Of a DNA stretch of 64,000 bases, positions 22,330 to 31,808 are shown in pieces; the first letter of the stretch is position 1; each line of letters begins with the position of its first letter. The notes under the pieces were generated by a model. That model was not told the origin of the DNA and did not search any database. It saw nothing but the letters and a program-made list of their open reading frames with translations. The stretch lies in contig QBZZ01000003.1 of the NCBI GenBank assembly GCA_003282145.1, forward strand, positions 23,995 to 87,994, given 5' to 3'. A program made the position numbers and the translations under genes. This DNA is from SAR116 cluster bacterium AG-337-N21 (GTDB lineage: Bacteria > Pseudomonadota > Alphaproteobacteria > Puniceispirillales > Marisalimonadaceae).

Positions 22330-24141
22330 TTAATAAGAACTTTTCTTTCTTCTAAACGATATAATCAAGGCAAAGCCAGCAAATATGGCGGGGAGTATTG
22401 CAACATTAAAAGCAATAACCCATTTTTTCAAATTTTCTACATCTCTTCTTAGGTCAAATTTAACACTTCTTAGTTGAGATCTAGTTGACATCATTTCAGC
22501 TTTAAATCCATCAATCGCCTCGATAGTTTCAGGAGATAGTATATCTATATCATCTTCATTATTTTGAGTTAGACTTCTTATTTTGTCTTCCATACCTTTC
22601 AGCTTTTCAGCAAGTTGCTGTTCTTCTAAAAGAAACTTTTCTTCAGCAATTTTTTCTAGGGCTATGATTTTATCAAAAGGCCTATAAGAGGTACTCTTTC
22701 CTCTAAGATCAGATAAAGCACTTCCTCCAATCATTTTTTCGATGACATTTAAAACAAAGTCACCATTATTCGCAAATGCACCTCTTTGTGTTAACCAATT
22801 ACGATCCATCAACATATCGGCGTCCGAAACTAATAAGATATTAGACTTATTTTTTGATTTTAATATTTGCGTTTCGTCTTTATCTTTAAAGGACGAGTTT
22901 AGTGGAGTTTTTATCCAACCAGCCAGAATTAAATTTTGATTGTCTTTTTTGATGTTTGGCAGTAGATCTCTTGGGTCTCCTTCAGGATTGCCTGCCTTTT
23001 GTGCATCACCAAGACCAGAATTTTGGCTTGAAACAATAATAGGCTCTAAGCTAATCTTATTGTCAATAGCCTCAAAAGATCCAGCAGTTGTCATTACTAT
23101 CGTATTCAGATTTGAAAGTACACTCTCATTTTTGTTAAGTCCATTTCCCCTTATATTTAACCAAGGATAATTAGTGACCTGTATATCTCTGCCATTTAAA
23201 TTTCTAGAGATGCGAAATCCAAATTCTGAATCTAATACAGCTTTTTTGTTGTCAAACTTTATACCCCAAGTGTCCAATAATTTTTTGAGATTAGACCTAG
23301 GATTCATTGGAGGCATCCCTTGTTGTCGGCTAATTTCAGTTTCAGCATAAGGATCTAAAAATACTAACGTTGCTCCGCCGTTCAGGATCCATTGATCTAT
23401 CATATAAAGTGTCTCATCGGATAGAAATTTGGGATGAACTATCATTAATACTTTAGTGTTTTTATTTAATTCATTAGTGGATTCGTTAACTGTTTCAACA
23501 ACAAACATTTCTCTCATTTGTTTTAATATTTGTTGTTCTGGTTTGCCAATTCTACTGTCAGCTTGAAGTCCAAGGTTATCGATAATACTTATTACTGGTT
23601 TTTTAATTTGACTAAGCTCTGAAATAAGACTTGAAAGATCATACTCTAAGAATGTTTCTCGTTCAGGTGAAAAAATAGGGATATTTTTTTGACCAGTGGT
23701 AGAGTTTGTAGCGGCTAATCCAAAATATAAAGCATCTGACATTTCAGTGGCAGTAAAAGAATTAATCCCCATGCCAACTGCCCTATCTTCGTAATCAGAG
23801 AATGGTTTAGGGTCAATGATTTCAAGTGAAATTTTTCCATTAGAAATATTACTGTATGTTTTTAACACAGTTTCCACTCTATTTGCATAAGTGGAAAGTT
23901 GGGGCACTTCTTTAACTAAATTTCCCGAAACAAATAATCTGATGTGTATTGGTTCTTGAAGATTTTTTAGTAAATTAATTGTACTATTAGATAATGAATA
24001 AAGTTTTTTTTCAGTAAAATCAATTCTGGAGGAATTAAAGACATTATTTGTAATAATATTTATACTAAAAAAGACCAAAACAGAAAAAAGTATAGATAAT
24101 CTCACAAGTGTTCTTGTCTTTAAATTACTTAAAAATTCCAT
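22330..24141 (-). CDS. GldG-like ABC transporter auxiliary protein
   Basis: RIDFTEKKLYSLS, IDPKPFSD, FLEYDL, IDQWILNGG, D.DML, NGDFVLN, coiled coil and C-terminal TM helix. Confidence 0.85.
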   Translation of the reverse strand: MEFLSNLKTRTLVRLSILFSVLVFFSINIITNNVFNSSRIDFTEKKLYSLSNSTINLLKNLQEPIHIRLFVSGNLVKEVPQLSTYANRVETVLKTYSNISNGKISLEIIDPKPFSDYEDRAVGMGINSFTATEMSDALYFGLAATNSTTGQKNIPIFSPERETFLEYDLSSLISELSQIKKPVISIIDNLGLQADSRIGKPEQQILKQMREMFVVETVNESTNELNKNTKVLMIVHPKFLSDETLYMIDQWILNGGATLVFLDPYAETEISRQQGMPPMNPRSNLKKLLDTWGIKFDNKKAVLDSEFGFRISRNLNGRDIQVTNYPWLNIRGNGLNKNESVLSNLNTIVMTTAGSFEAIDNKISLEPIIVSSQNSGLGDAQKAGNPEGDPRDLLPNIKKDNQNLILAGWIKTPLNSSFKDKDETQILKSKNKSNILLVSDADMLMDRNWLTQRGAFANNGDFVLNVIEKMIGGSALSDLRGKSTSYRPFDKIIALEKIAEEKFLLEEQQLAEKLKGMEDKIRSLTQNNEDDIDILSPETIEAIDGFKAEMMSTRSQLRSVKFDLRRDVENLKKWVIAFNVAILPAIFAGFALIISFRRKKSSY

Positions 24142-24148
24142 TGTTCTC

Positions 24149-24895
24149 TCAATCTGCTTTTTTAATTTGGACAAGCTGTACGTTTATCCAAATACATAGA
24201 ATAATCATTGAAACGAAGAAAACTAGGGTTCTTAAATCAAAAACACCCATTTGAATCCTACTAAAATGGGATAGAAAGGACATTGAGCCAACCGTTTCTG
24301 TCACCCAAGTTGGTGTCCATGACCTCACAGAAGATAAAACTAAATTAAAACCAGCCATTATTAAAACAAATCCACTTATTGAGGAGATAATAAATGCAAT
24401 CACCTGGTTTTTAGTAAGTGCAGATAAACAAGAGGTAAGGGCCAAAAAAGCACCAGCCATTAACCAACTTCCTATATATGATATTAGAATAACATTATTA
24501 TCTGGGTCTCCTAGAAAATTAACTGTTACCCAAATAGGCATAGTCAAGATAAGTGCAATCAGAGTAAAAATCCAGCTAGCTAAAAATTTACCTATTACTA
24601 ATTGCATATTAGTTACTGGTAAAGTTATTAGTAGTTCAATGGTACCGGATCTTCTTTCCTCAGCCCATAATCTCATACCAATAGCGGGCATTAAAATCAA
24701 AAAAAGCCATGGGTGCCACGCAAAAAAAGCTGTTAAATCTGCTTGATCACGCTCAAAAAATCTTCCTAAAAAAAATGTCATTCCTGATGAGAGAGCTAAA
24801 AAAACAAGTAAAAAAATTGAAGCTAATGGTGTTCTAAAATAGCCCCTTAGTTCTCTATCAAAAATTATATAAGTCTTTTCTAAATAAGTTTTCAT
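24149..24895 (-). CDS. GldF-like ABC-2 permease
   Basis: RELRGYFRTP, MRLWAEERRSGTIELLITLP, GKFLA, TKNQVIAF. Confidence 0.9.
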   Translation of the reverse strand: MKTYLEKTYIIFDRELRGYFRTPLASIFLLVFLALSSGMTFFLGRFFERDQADLTAFFAWHPWLFLILMPAIGMRLWAEERRSGTIELLITLPVTNMQLVIGKFLASWIFTLIALILTMPIWVTVNFLGDPDNNVILISYIGSWLMAGAFLALTSCLSALTKNQVIAFIISSISGFVLIMAGFNLVLSSVRSWTPTWVTETVGSMSFLSHFSRIQMGVFDLRTLVFFVSMIILCIWINVQLVQIKKAD

Positions 24896-24908
24896 AATCA
24901 GTTACCGA

Positions 24909-25865
24909 TTAACTTGAAGCATTTGTTGTTGTAATTTTTCTAAATATTTCTTCCAAACTTGACTTTACGAAACTAGCCTCAACTATGTTAAGTTTAAATT
25001 TGTTAACTTGTTTTAATACATTATTTAGGTCTGGTGTTTTTTTGGCATCACTTACAAATATTCTGTTAGTATCTTTATCTAATTTCTCAATTTTTACATC
25101 ACTATAATTAAGTGATGATTTTAAATTTTTTGCTAAAACTGTGTTAATTTTATTAAAAACTTTAATTGTTATTACATCTTTATTCCCAAACTGTTTTTCT
25201 AGATTTGCAGGTGTTTCATTTGCAAGTAACTTACCATCAGCAATTATCATAGCTCGTGAGCAGACTGCTTCAACCTCTTCTAAAATATGTGTTGAAATCA
25301 CAATAGCTTTATTATTCGATATATTTTTAATTAAATTTCTCATTTCATGTTTTTGATTTGGATCTAATCCGTCCGTAGGTTCATCCAAAATTAAAATATC
25401 AGGATCGTGTATTAATGCCTGGGCGATACCTACCCTTCTTTTAAAACCTTTAGATAGTGTTTCAATTGGTTTATTCCAAACGTCTTTAAGACTGATTTGA
25501 ATGGCCATTTCATCAAGCCGCTTTGTTAATAAATTTTTATTTAGACCTCTCATTTTACCAACAAATGAAAGAAACTCTAAGACATTCATATCTGAATAAG
25601 AAGGGGCCCCTTCGGGTAAGTAACCTATGAATCCTTTTGCTTTCAATGGATTAGATTTTAGATCAATATTATTAATTAAAATGTCACCGCTATCTGGTTC
25701 CAGGAAACCAGTTAGCATTTTCATTGTTGTAGATTTTCCCGCTCCATTTGGACCAAGAAAACCAACGACTTCACCTCTTAGGACGCTTAAATCAATGTTA
25801 TCTACAGCTATAAACTCTCCAAATGATTTTTTTAAGTTCTTAGCGTCTATAAGTTTTGAAGACAA
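24909..25865 (-). CDS. GldA-like ABC transporter ATP-binding protein
   Basis: TTG start after GGAGG. GPNGAGKST, LSKGFKRRVG, LILDEPTDGLD, STH. Confidence 0.93.
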   Translation of the reverse strand: MSSKLIDAKNLKKSFGEFIAVDNIDLSVLRGEVVGFLGPNGAGKSTTMKMLTGFLEPDSGDILINNIDLKSNPLKAKGFIGYLPEGAPSYSDMNVLEFLSFVGKMRGLNKNLLTKRLDEMAIQISLKDVWNKPIETLSKGFKRRVGIAQALIHDPDILILDEPTDGLDPNQKHEMRNLIKNISNNKAIVISTHILEEVEAVCSRAMIIADGKLLANETPANLEKQFGNKDVITIKVFNKINTVLAKNLKSSLNYSDVKIEKLDKDTNRIFVSDAKKTPDLNNVLKQVNKFKLNIVEASFVKSSLEEIFRKITTTNASS

Positions 25866-25995
25866 CAGTTAATATCCTCCGACAAAATATAAGTATTAAA
25901 TATTATCACTAAAGATTAATTAATTTTAAATTAATAAAATTCAAGATCTAAAATAAAATTTTTGGTATTAATACTCTATTTTTAAAAAATAAACA

Positions 25996-27417
25996 TTATA
26001 AAAATTTGTTCATATGAGGAAGTTTAGGTTCACCAAAGTGTTTTTCTAAAGATAAAGCAATTTCAACCGCTTTTTCGTCTTCATTTTTATTACAAATAAT
26101 TTGTAAACCAATCGGTAGAATATCTTGATTTTGATTTGTTGCAAACTTTTGTATAGGAAAAGTAATAGCACATATTCCAAAAATATTTACAGGTTGGGTG
26201 TTAGCTGAAGCTAAAAGACTTCTTTCGTGTAATTCTTTCCCAATTTCGGCTTTATCTACATCTAATGCTTGCATAACTGTTGTTGGTGAGAGAAGTGCAT
26301 CATATTTCATAAAATGTTGATTAACCATAACCTCTAATTCGCTAACTCTTTTCTTAGCTAAAATATATTCAAAAGAAGAAACTTTAAGGCCTAATTTAGC
26401 TCTATTTCCAGTTATAGGGTCCATTCTATCAACATTCTTTTTGAAGCGATCAATACCAAACGCACTTATGATTTCAGATCCAACAATCTTAGGAAATAAT
26501 GAAGCTTTTTCATTAGCCTCTGGAATTATAATTTCTTCAATTTTTGCACCAATTTTTTTTAGTTCGTCACAAATATTTTCATAAGCTTCCATTACTTGAG
26601 GATCTAAATTAGTTGTAAATGGTTCCTTAAGTTTTCCAAAAGACATATTTTTAATTTGGATAGGCTTTAGAGTATTATCTGACTTGCCATTAAATGTATC
26701 AAATATTAATTTTGTATCCTTAACATTACGAGCAATTGGACCAGGTGTATCTAAAGTGGGAGAAAGAGGAAAAATACCATCAGTCGCCCATCTATTTTTT
26801 GTTGTTTTCAATCCAACAATGCCATTGAGTGAAGCTGGTATTCTTACCGACCCACCAGTATCGGTCCCAATAGCGAAAGCAGCCAATCCTGAAGCAACAG
26901 CTACGGCTGAGCCACTACTTGAACCTCCAGGCATCCTGTGTATTTTATCATCCCAAGGATTTCTAGGTGTGCCCTTATATTTATTTAATCCAGTTGCCCC
27001 CAATGCAAACTCAACAGTATGAGTTTTACCTAAAATTAAACAACCAAGAGACTTTAATCTTTTGACTAAAGATCCTTCTGGGCCCGTAATGTCGTCACTA
27101 ATTATATTAGAGCCATTAGTTGTTGGCATTCCGTTTACGGAACAAATATCTTTTATGGCTATTGGAATGCCCATTAATGGACCTAGATCAACACTGTTGG
27201 AAAACAGCTTATCAATTCCTTGTGCCCAAGATAAAGCATTATTTTCATTAAGATATATATATGCATTAAGGTTTGGATTTAAAAAGTTTATTCGTCTGTA
27301 ATATATTGAAGTTAATTCAACACAAGTTAGAGAACCATCCCTAAACTTTTTTCCTATCTCTTCAATACTACTTTCAAATAGTGGATCATTTGGCAAAATT
27401 TCGTTGTTATTGATCAT
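25996..27417 (-). CDS. Amidase-signature family enzyme
   Basis: GIPIAIKD, PGGSSSGS and GTDTGGSVRIPA give the Lys-cisSer-Ser triad. Not in a gatCAB context. Confidence 0.9.
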   Translation of the reverse strand: MINNNEILPNDPLFESSIEEIGKKFRDGSLTCVELTSIYYRRINFLNPNLNAYIYLNENNALSWAQGIDKLFSNSVDLGPLMGIPIAIKDICSVNGMPTTNGSNIISDDITGPEGSLVKRLKSLGCLILGKTHTVEFALGATGLNKYKGTPRNPWDDKIHRMPGGSSSGSAVAVASGLAAFAIGTDTGGSVRIPASLNGIVGLKTTKNRWATDGIFPLSPTLDTPGPIARNVKDTKLIFDTFNGKSDNTLKPIQIKNMSFGKLKEPFTTNLDPQVMEAYENICDELKKIGAKIEEIIIPEANEKASLFPKIVGSEIISAFGIDRFKKNVDRMDPITGNRAKLGLKVSSFEYILAKKRVSELEVMVNQHFMKYDALLSPTTVMQALDVDKAEIGKELHERSLLASANTQPVNIFGICAITFPIQKFATNQNQDILPIGLQIICNKNEDEKAVEIALSLEKHFGEPKLPHMNKFL

Positions 27418-27427
27418 TAAAAACTCC

Positions 27428-27826
27428 TTAATTTTTAAATTGGTTTTTCATTGACCCAAATATACCTTTTAATCTGGGTGAGGTAGAACAATCTGCTTCT
27501 AAAATCATCTTTGGCTCAACAGGAACATGGATGCCAGTATATCGAACAGCTTCATATTTTGGATTTGATTGAAGTTGAACTTTTCTATCAGATTTAAGTC
27601 TTAATCTTGCTATTCCCTTTTTGAAGGGAACCATTATATCTGTACCTGGCACAGCAACTACAAAACTATCATCATCAACAGAGCATTTATTGTTTAGAGT
27701 AATTGTAACTGATATCACTTCGACTTTCTTAAAAGCAGTTTGTATGTTGGGCATACCAAACCACAACATCAATCCAATAATTGATATACCTAAAACAAAA
27801 AAAATACTTTTAATAAAAAAACGCAT
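27428..27826 (-). CDS. Hypothetical membrane-anchored protein
   Basis: 132 aa ORF filling the gap between genes; N-terminal hydrophobic helix and two Cys. Ends 10 nt before the amidase start. Confidence 0.7.
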   Translation of the reverse strand: MRFFIKSIFFVLGISIIGLMLWFGMPNIQTAFKKVEVISVTITLNNKCSVDDDSFVVAVPGTDIMVPFKKGIARLRLKSDRKVQLQSNPKYEAVRYTGIHVPVEPKMILEADCSTSPRLKGIFGSMKNQFKN

Positions 27827-27940
27827 TGATACCTTAAAATAAACATATTAGACCTAGATAGTACAAATAATTAAACTAAAAATAAGAAATTTGAAAAGAT
27901 AATATTAATAAAAATATTCAAATTGTAATTGGGATCAATA

Positions 27941-29128
27941 ATGAACGATGAGTTTGATAGAATAAGGAGATTGCCACCTTATGTGTTTGAAGAAGTTAAT
28001 AGACTTAAAGCGGATCTAAGAGCTAAAGGCAAAGACATTATTGATTTTGGTATGGGCAACCCTGATATGCCTACTCCAAAACATATTAGAGAAAAATTAA
28101 AGGAAACTGTAGAGAAACCAGGAACAGGCAGATATTCGTCTAGTAGAGGCATACCAGGTTTAAGAAAAGCACAAGCAGCCTATTACAAAAGACGTTTTAA
28201 CGTTGATTTAAATCCTGAAAATGAAGTGATAGTTACATTAGGTTCAAAGGAAGGTTTAGCAAATCTTGCCCAGGCAATAACTTCACCAGGTGATATAATA
28301 TTATCTCCAAATCCTTCTTACCCAATACACCCATATGGTTTTATTATTGCAGGCGCCTCTTTAAGACACTTGCCTGCGATGGATGAAGGCGTATTTAGCC
28401 CGAATTTATATTTAGAAAGATTAGAAAAATCAATTAAAGAAAGTGTGCCAGCTCCAGTAGCATTAATAATATCATTTCCATCTAATCCAACCGCTCAAGT
28501 TGCTTCATTAGATTTCTATGAAGAAGTTGTCAAAATTGCTTTAAAGTATAACGTTTATATTTTATCGGATCTCGCTTACGCAGAAATATATTATGATGAT
28601 ATTTTACCTCCCTCAATTCTACAAATCCCAAAGGCAAAGAAAATAGCTGTCGAATTCACTTCTACGTCCAAAACTTATGCCATGGCTGGTTGGAGAATTG
28701 GGTTTGCAGTTGGAAATATAAAGTTAATAAATGCTCTTACTAGGATCAAATCTTATTTGGACTATGGAGCCTTCACACCAGTTCAGGTTGCAGCTACTGC
28801 GGCACTTAACGGTCCTCAAGATTGTGTTAAACAAATAAGAAACATTTATCAAAAAAGAAGAGATGTATTAATTGAATCTATGGCTCGATCTGGATGGACT
28901 ATTCCTAGTCCTCAAGCAAGTATGTTTGCGTGGGCACCCTTACCAGAAAAATATAAAAATAGTGGGTCTTTAGAATTTGCAAAAGAATTAATGTTAAAAG
29001 CTGATGTTGCTGTGGCTCCAGGTGTGGCATTTGGTGAATACGGAGAAGGATTTGTTAGGGTAGGTTTGGTTGAAAATGAACAACGGATCAAACAAGCAGC
29101 AAAAAATATTAAAAAATTATTATTATAA
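27941..29128 (+). CDS. Class I/II PLP aminotransferase (AatC/AlaC-like; often annotated LL-DAP aminotransferase)
   Basis: RIRRLPPYVF, DFGMGNPD, GSKEG, FPSNPT, SDLAY, SKTYAMAGWRIG, ENEQRI. Confidence 0.9.
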   Translation: MNDEFDRIRRLPPYVFEEVNRLKADLRAKGKDIIDFGMGNPDMPTPKHIREKLKETVEKPGTGRYSSSRGIPGLRKAQAAYYKRRFNVDLNPENEVIVTLGSKEGLANLAQAITSPGDIILSPNPSYPIHPYGFIIAGASLRHLPAMDEGVFSPNLYLERLEKSIKESVPAPVALIISFPSNPTAQVASLDFYEEVVKIALKYNVYILSDLAYAEIYYDDILPPSILQIPKAKKIAVEFTSTSKTYAMAGWRIGFAVGNIKLINALTRIKSYLDYGAFTPVQVAATAALNGPQDCVKQIRNIYQKRRDVLIESMARSGWTIPSPQASMFAWAPLPEKYKNSGSLEFAKELMLKADVAVAPGVAFGEYGEGFVRVGLVENEQRIKQAAKNIKKLLL

Positions 29129-29182
29129 TAAAAAGAACCTATAAAATTAAAATTTTAACTTTATGTTTGGAGAAAATTTACT

Positions 29183-30790
29183 TTGAGTAAATTATTCAAC
29201 AATTTTTATAAAAGGGACTTTTCTAGCAGTGGAAGGTCAAATGCTTTAAGTTCAAATGCTATGTTGGCTTCTTCTCACCCAATTGCATCATCAGTTGGAT
29301 TAGAAATTTTAAAAAGCGGTGGTAATGCAGTCGATGCTGCCTTAGCAATGAATGCTGTTTTGTGCGTTGCTGAACCTCATATGACTGGGGTCGGTGGTGA
29401 CTGTTTTGCAATGCTTTCTGTTGATGGAAGTACAAGCATAAGGGTTTTAAATGGATCTGGCAAATCTTCTGAGAAATCAAGTGCCGCTATTCTTCGTAAG
29501 AATAATATTTCTTTAATTAGCTATGATATGCCTGACGCTATAACTATACCAGGTGCCGTTGCAAGTTGGTGCTTGTTACATAAAGAACACGGACATATGC
29601 CATGGAAAGAAATTTTTGAACCAGCAATTAATTTTGCCAAGCAAGGAATAATAGTTCACGAAAGGGTTGCATTTGATTGGTCAAAAAGCTTAAAAAAATT
29701 ATCATTAGATATTGATACATCTAACTTATTCTTAAAGAATGGCAATTCCTATGAATTTATGGATAATTTTAAAAATGAAAATTTATCTAAGACCTTGATA
29801 ACAATAGCTGAAGAAGGTTTTAACGGATTTTATCATGGCTGGGTGGCAAGCGATTTAATTACAAAGCTAAATTCAATTGGTGGAAACCATACTTTAAAAG
29901 ATTTTGATAATGCTGCTGCTGAGTGGGTAGAACCAATTGATGGAAATTATAGAGGGATTAAAATTCATGAAGCCCCTCCAAATGGTCAAGGTCTAGTGGC
30001 ATTAATTATTTTAGCTATTCTTGAAAGGTTTAATTTTAATAAAATCTCAAAAGCCGACTACACTCATATCTTTTGTGAAGCTACAAAAATAGGGTATTTT
30101 CTCAGAGACCTATATCTAGCAGACGCTGAGTATAACAGACTATCAGTTGATCATTTTTTGAATTCTGAAATCATAGATCAATATGCTTCTAAAATAGATA
30201 TGAATAAAACGAAAACGTATTATAAAAGTGATTTTCCTAATCACCCTGATACTATTTACTTAACGGTGAGAGACAAGAATGGAATGACAATTTCATTTAT
30301 TAACTCTCTTTTTGATGCTTTTGGAAGTGGTGTAACGGCTCCTAAAAGTGGAGTTCTTTTTCATTGTAGAGGCAGAGCATTTAACACGATTGAGGGCCAT
30401 CCCAATGAATTAGGCCCAAATAAAAGACCTGTTCATACGATTATACCTGCTATGATTTCAAAAAATGGCAAACTTTTAGGGTCCTTTGGAGTAATGGGTG
30501 GTCAATACCAAGCAGCAGGTCATGCTTATGTTTTATCCCAAATGATTGATTTTGGGTTAAACCCACAATTTGCACTAAATTATCCTCGTGTTTTTCCTAA
30601 TAATAATTTTTTGGATTTGGAGAATGGTTTTGATAAAAAGGTAATAGATGAATTAAAAAATAAAGGGCATCAAATAAATTATCCTGCTTCTCCTATAGGT
30701 GGTGGACAAATGATTTTAATAGATGAAGAAAGAAATATTTTAATTGGTGCGAGTGATTGGCGCAAAGACGGTCTTGCCATAGGATATTAA
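29183..30790 (+). CDS. Gamma-glutamyltransferase-family Ntn hydrolase
   Basis: TTG start after GGAG. GGNAVDAA, GVGGD, PPNGQG, autocleavage Thr in HPDTIY, KRPVHTIIP, GVMGG, SDWRKDG. Confidence 0.9.
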   Translation: MSKLFNNFYKRDFSSSGRSNALSSNAMLASSHPIASSVGLEILKSGGNAVDAALAMNAVLCVAEPHMTGVGGDCFAMLSVDGSTSIRVLNGSGKSSEKSSAAILRKNNISLISYDMPDAITIPGAVASWCLLHKEHGHMPWKEIFEPAINFAKQGIIVHERVAFDWSKSLKKLSLDIDTSNLFLKNGNSYEFMDNFKNENLSKTLITIAEEGFNGFYHGWVASDLITKLNSIGGNHTLKDFDNAAAEWVEPIDGNYRGIKIHEAPPNGQGLVALIILAILERFNFNKISKADYTHIFCEATKIGYFLRDLYLADAEYNRLSVDHFLNSEIIDQYASKIDMNKTKTYYKSDFPNHPDTIYLTVRDKNGMTISFINSLFDAFGSGVTAPKSGVLFHCRGRAFNTIEGHPNELGPNKRPVHTIIPAMISKNGKLLGSFGVMGGQYQAAGHAYVLSQMIDFGLNPQFALNYPRVFPNNNFLDLENGFDKKVIDELKNKGHQINYPASPIGGGQMILIDEERNILIGASDWRKDGLAIGY

Positions 30791-30791
30791 T

Positions 30792-31706
30792 TTATTTCTT
30801 TTTTATTTCCCGATAAGTAATTAAAAGACAAGATCCAATAACAACTAGTCCACCTATTACTTGATTGTTAGATGGTACCTCATTCCAAATGATATATCCA
30901 AAAAGGACAGCTAATGGTATTGCTAAATATCTCAATGTTACCAAAATAGTAGCCTCAGCATATTTATAGCTTTGAGCCATTAGATACTGAACAAATGAAC
31001 CTATAACTCCAAGTGATATCAAAGTATATAACACACTGTTTGGAGTTATAAGAATTTCTATTCCATAATCGCCTGTCTTTCCATAAAACTTTGTTCCAAA
31101 AAAGATAATGGTAAATGTTATAACTAAAGAAGTTACTAAATTATGAATTAATGCTGTAGTCGCGGGGTGTTCTGTTTTTCCAATTTTTCTTAAAATAAGC
31201 GCAAGTGCTGCATGTGTTACTGCACTTCCAAAGGCAAGATAAATACCAAATGCAGATAAATTTGATGTTTCATTAATAATGCTAATTGGATTAATCATTA
31301 AAAAAACCCCAATCAGACCAGCTATAACCGCGGTCCATCTAATTAATCCAATTTTTTCTCCTAAAACAAATGGAGATAAGAGAGTAACATATATTGCAGA
31401 GCTCTGAGCAAGTGCTGTTGTTAGGCCAATAGGTATTAATTGCAATGATGAGAATACCATTATCATTGTCACAAACCCAAAAAAAGAACGTAAGACAATA
31501 TTTTTCCAATTGTTAATTTGAAACAAAAGTGATTTTCTAGTTACATAAGCTAGAATAAATAAAATAGGTAATGAGTATGCAAACCTAGAAAATAAAGTAA
31601 TTATAAAATCTACATCACCTGATAAAGATTTGATAATCATGTGTGTAATTAAAGATAAAAATATAAATATGATCCAAATTAGAGAACCAATTATGTTTGA
31701 AGACAT
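30792..31706 (-). CDS. DMT/EamA-family transporter
   Basis: About 10 TM helices; FSRF, LGEKIGLIRW, YIIWNEVP. Confidence 0.88.
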   Translation of the reverse strand: MSSNIIGSLIWIIFIFLSLITHMIIKSLSGDVDFIITLFSRFAYSLPILFILAYVTRKSLLFQINNWKNIVLRSFFGFVTMIMVFSSLQLIPIGLTTALAQSSAIYVTLLSPFVLGEKIGLIRWTAVIAGLIGVFLMINPISIINETSNLSAFGIYLAFGSAVTHAALALILRKIGKTEHPATTALIHNLVTSLVITFTIIFFGTKFYGKTGDYGIEILITPNSVLYTLISLGVIGSFVQYLMAQSYKYAEATILVTLRYLAIPLAVLFGYIIWNEVPSNNQVIGGLVVIGSCLLITYREIKKK

Positions 31707-31739
31707 TTAAGACCAAATAATAAATTGAACTTGAAAATT

Positions 31740-31759
31740 TTGATATTAATGAATATCAA
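31740..31759. promoter_or_regulatory. Inverted repeat, possible regulator operator
   Basis: TTGATATT-AATG-AATATCAA, a perfect 8-bp inverted repeat in the divergent DMT/tcuA-like gap. The AT-rich background weakens its significance. Confidence 0.3.
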
Positions 31760-31808
31760 TTATTTAAACAATCTAATAAATAAATGCACCTTTCAAAGGA
31801 AATACTAA

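Noticed and set aside
25996-27417. gatA
   Set aside because: No gatC/gatB neighbours; treated as a generic amidase-signature enzyme.
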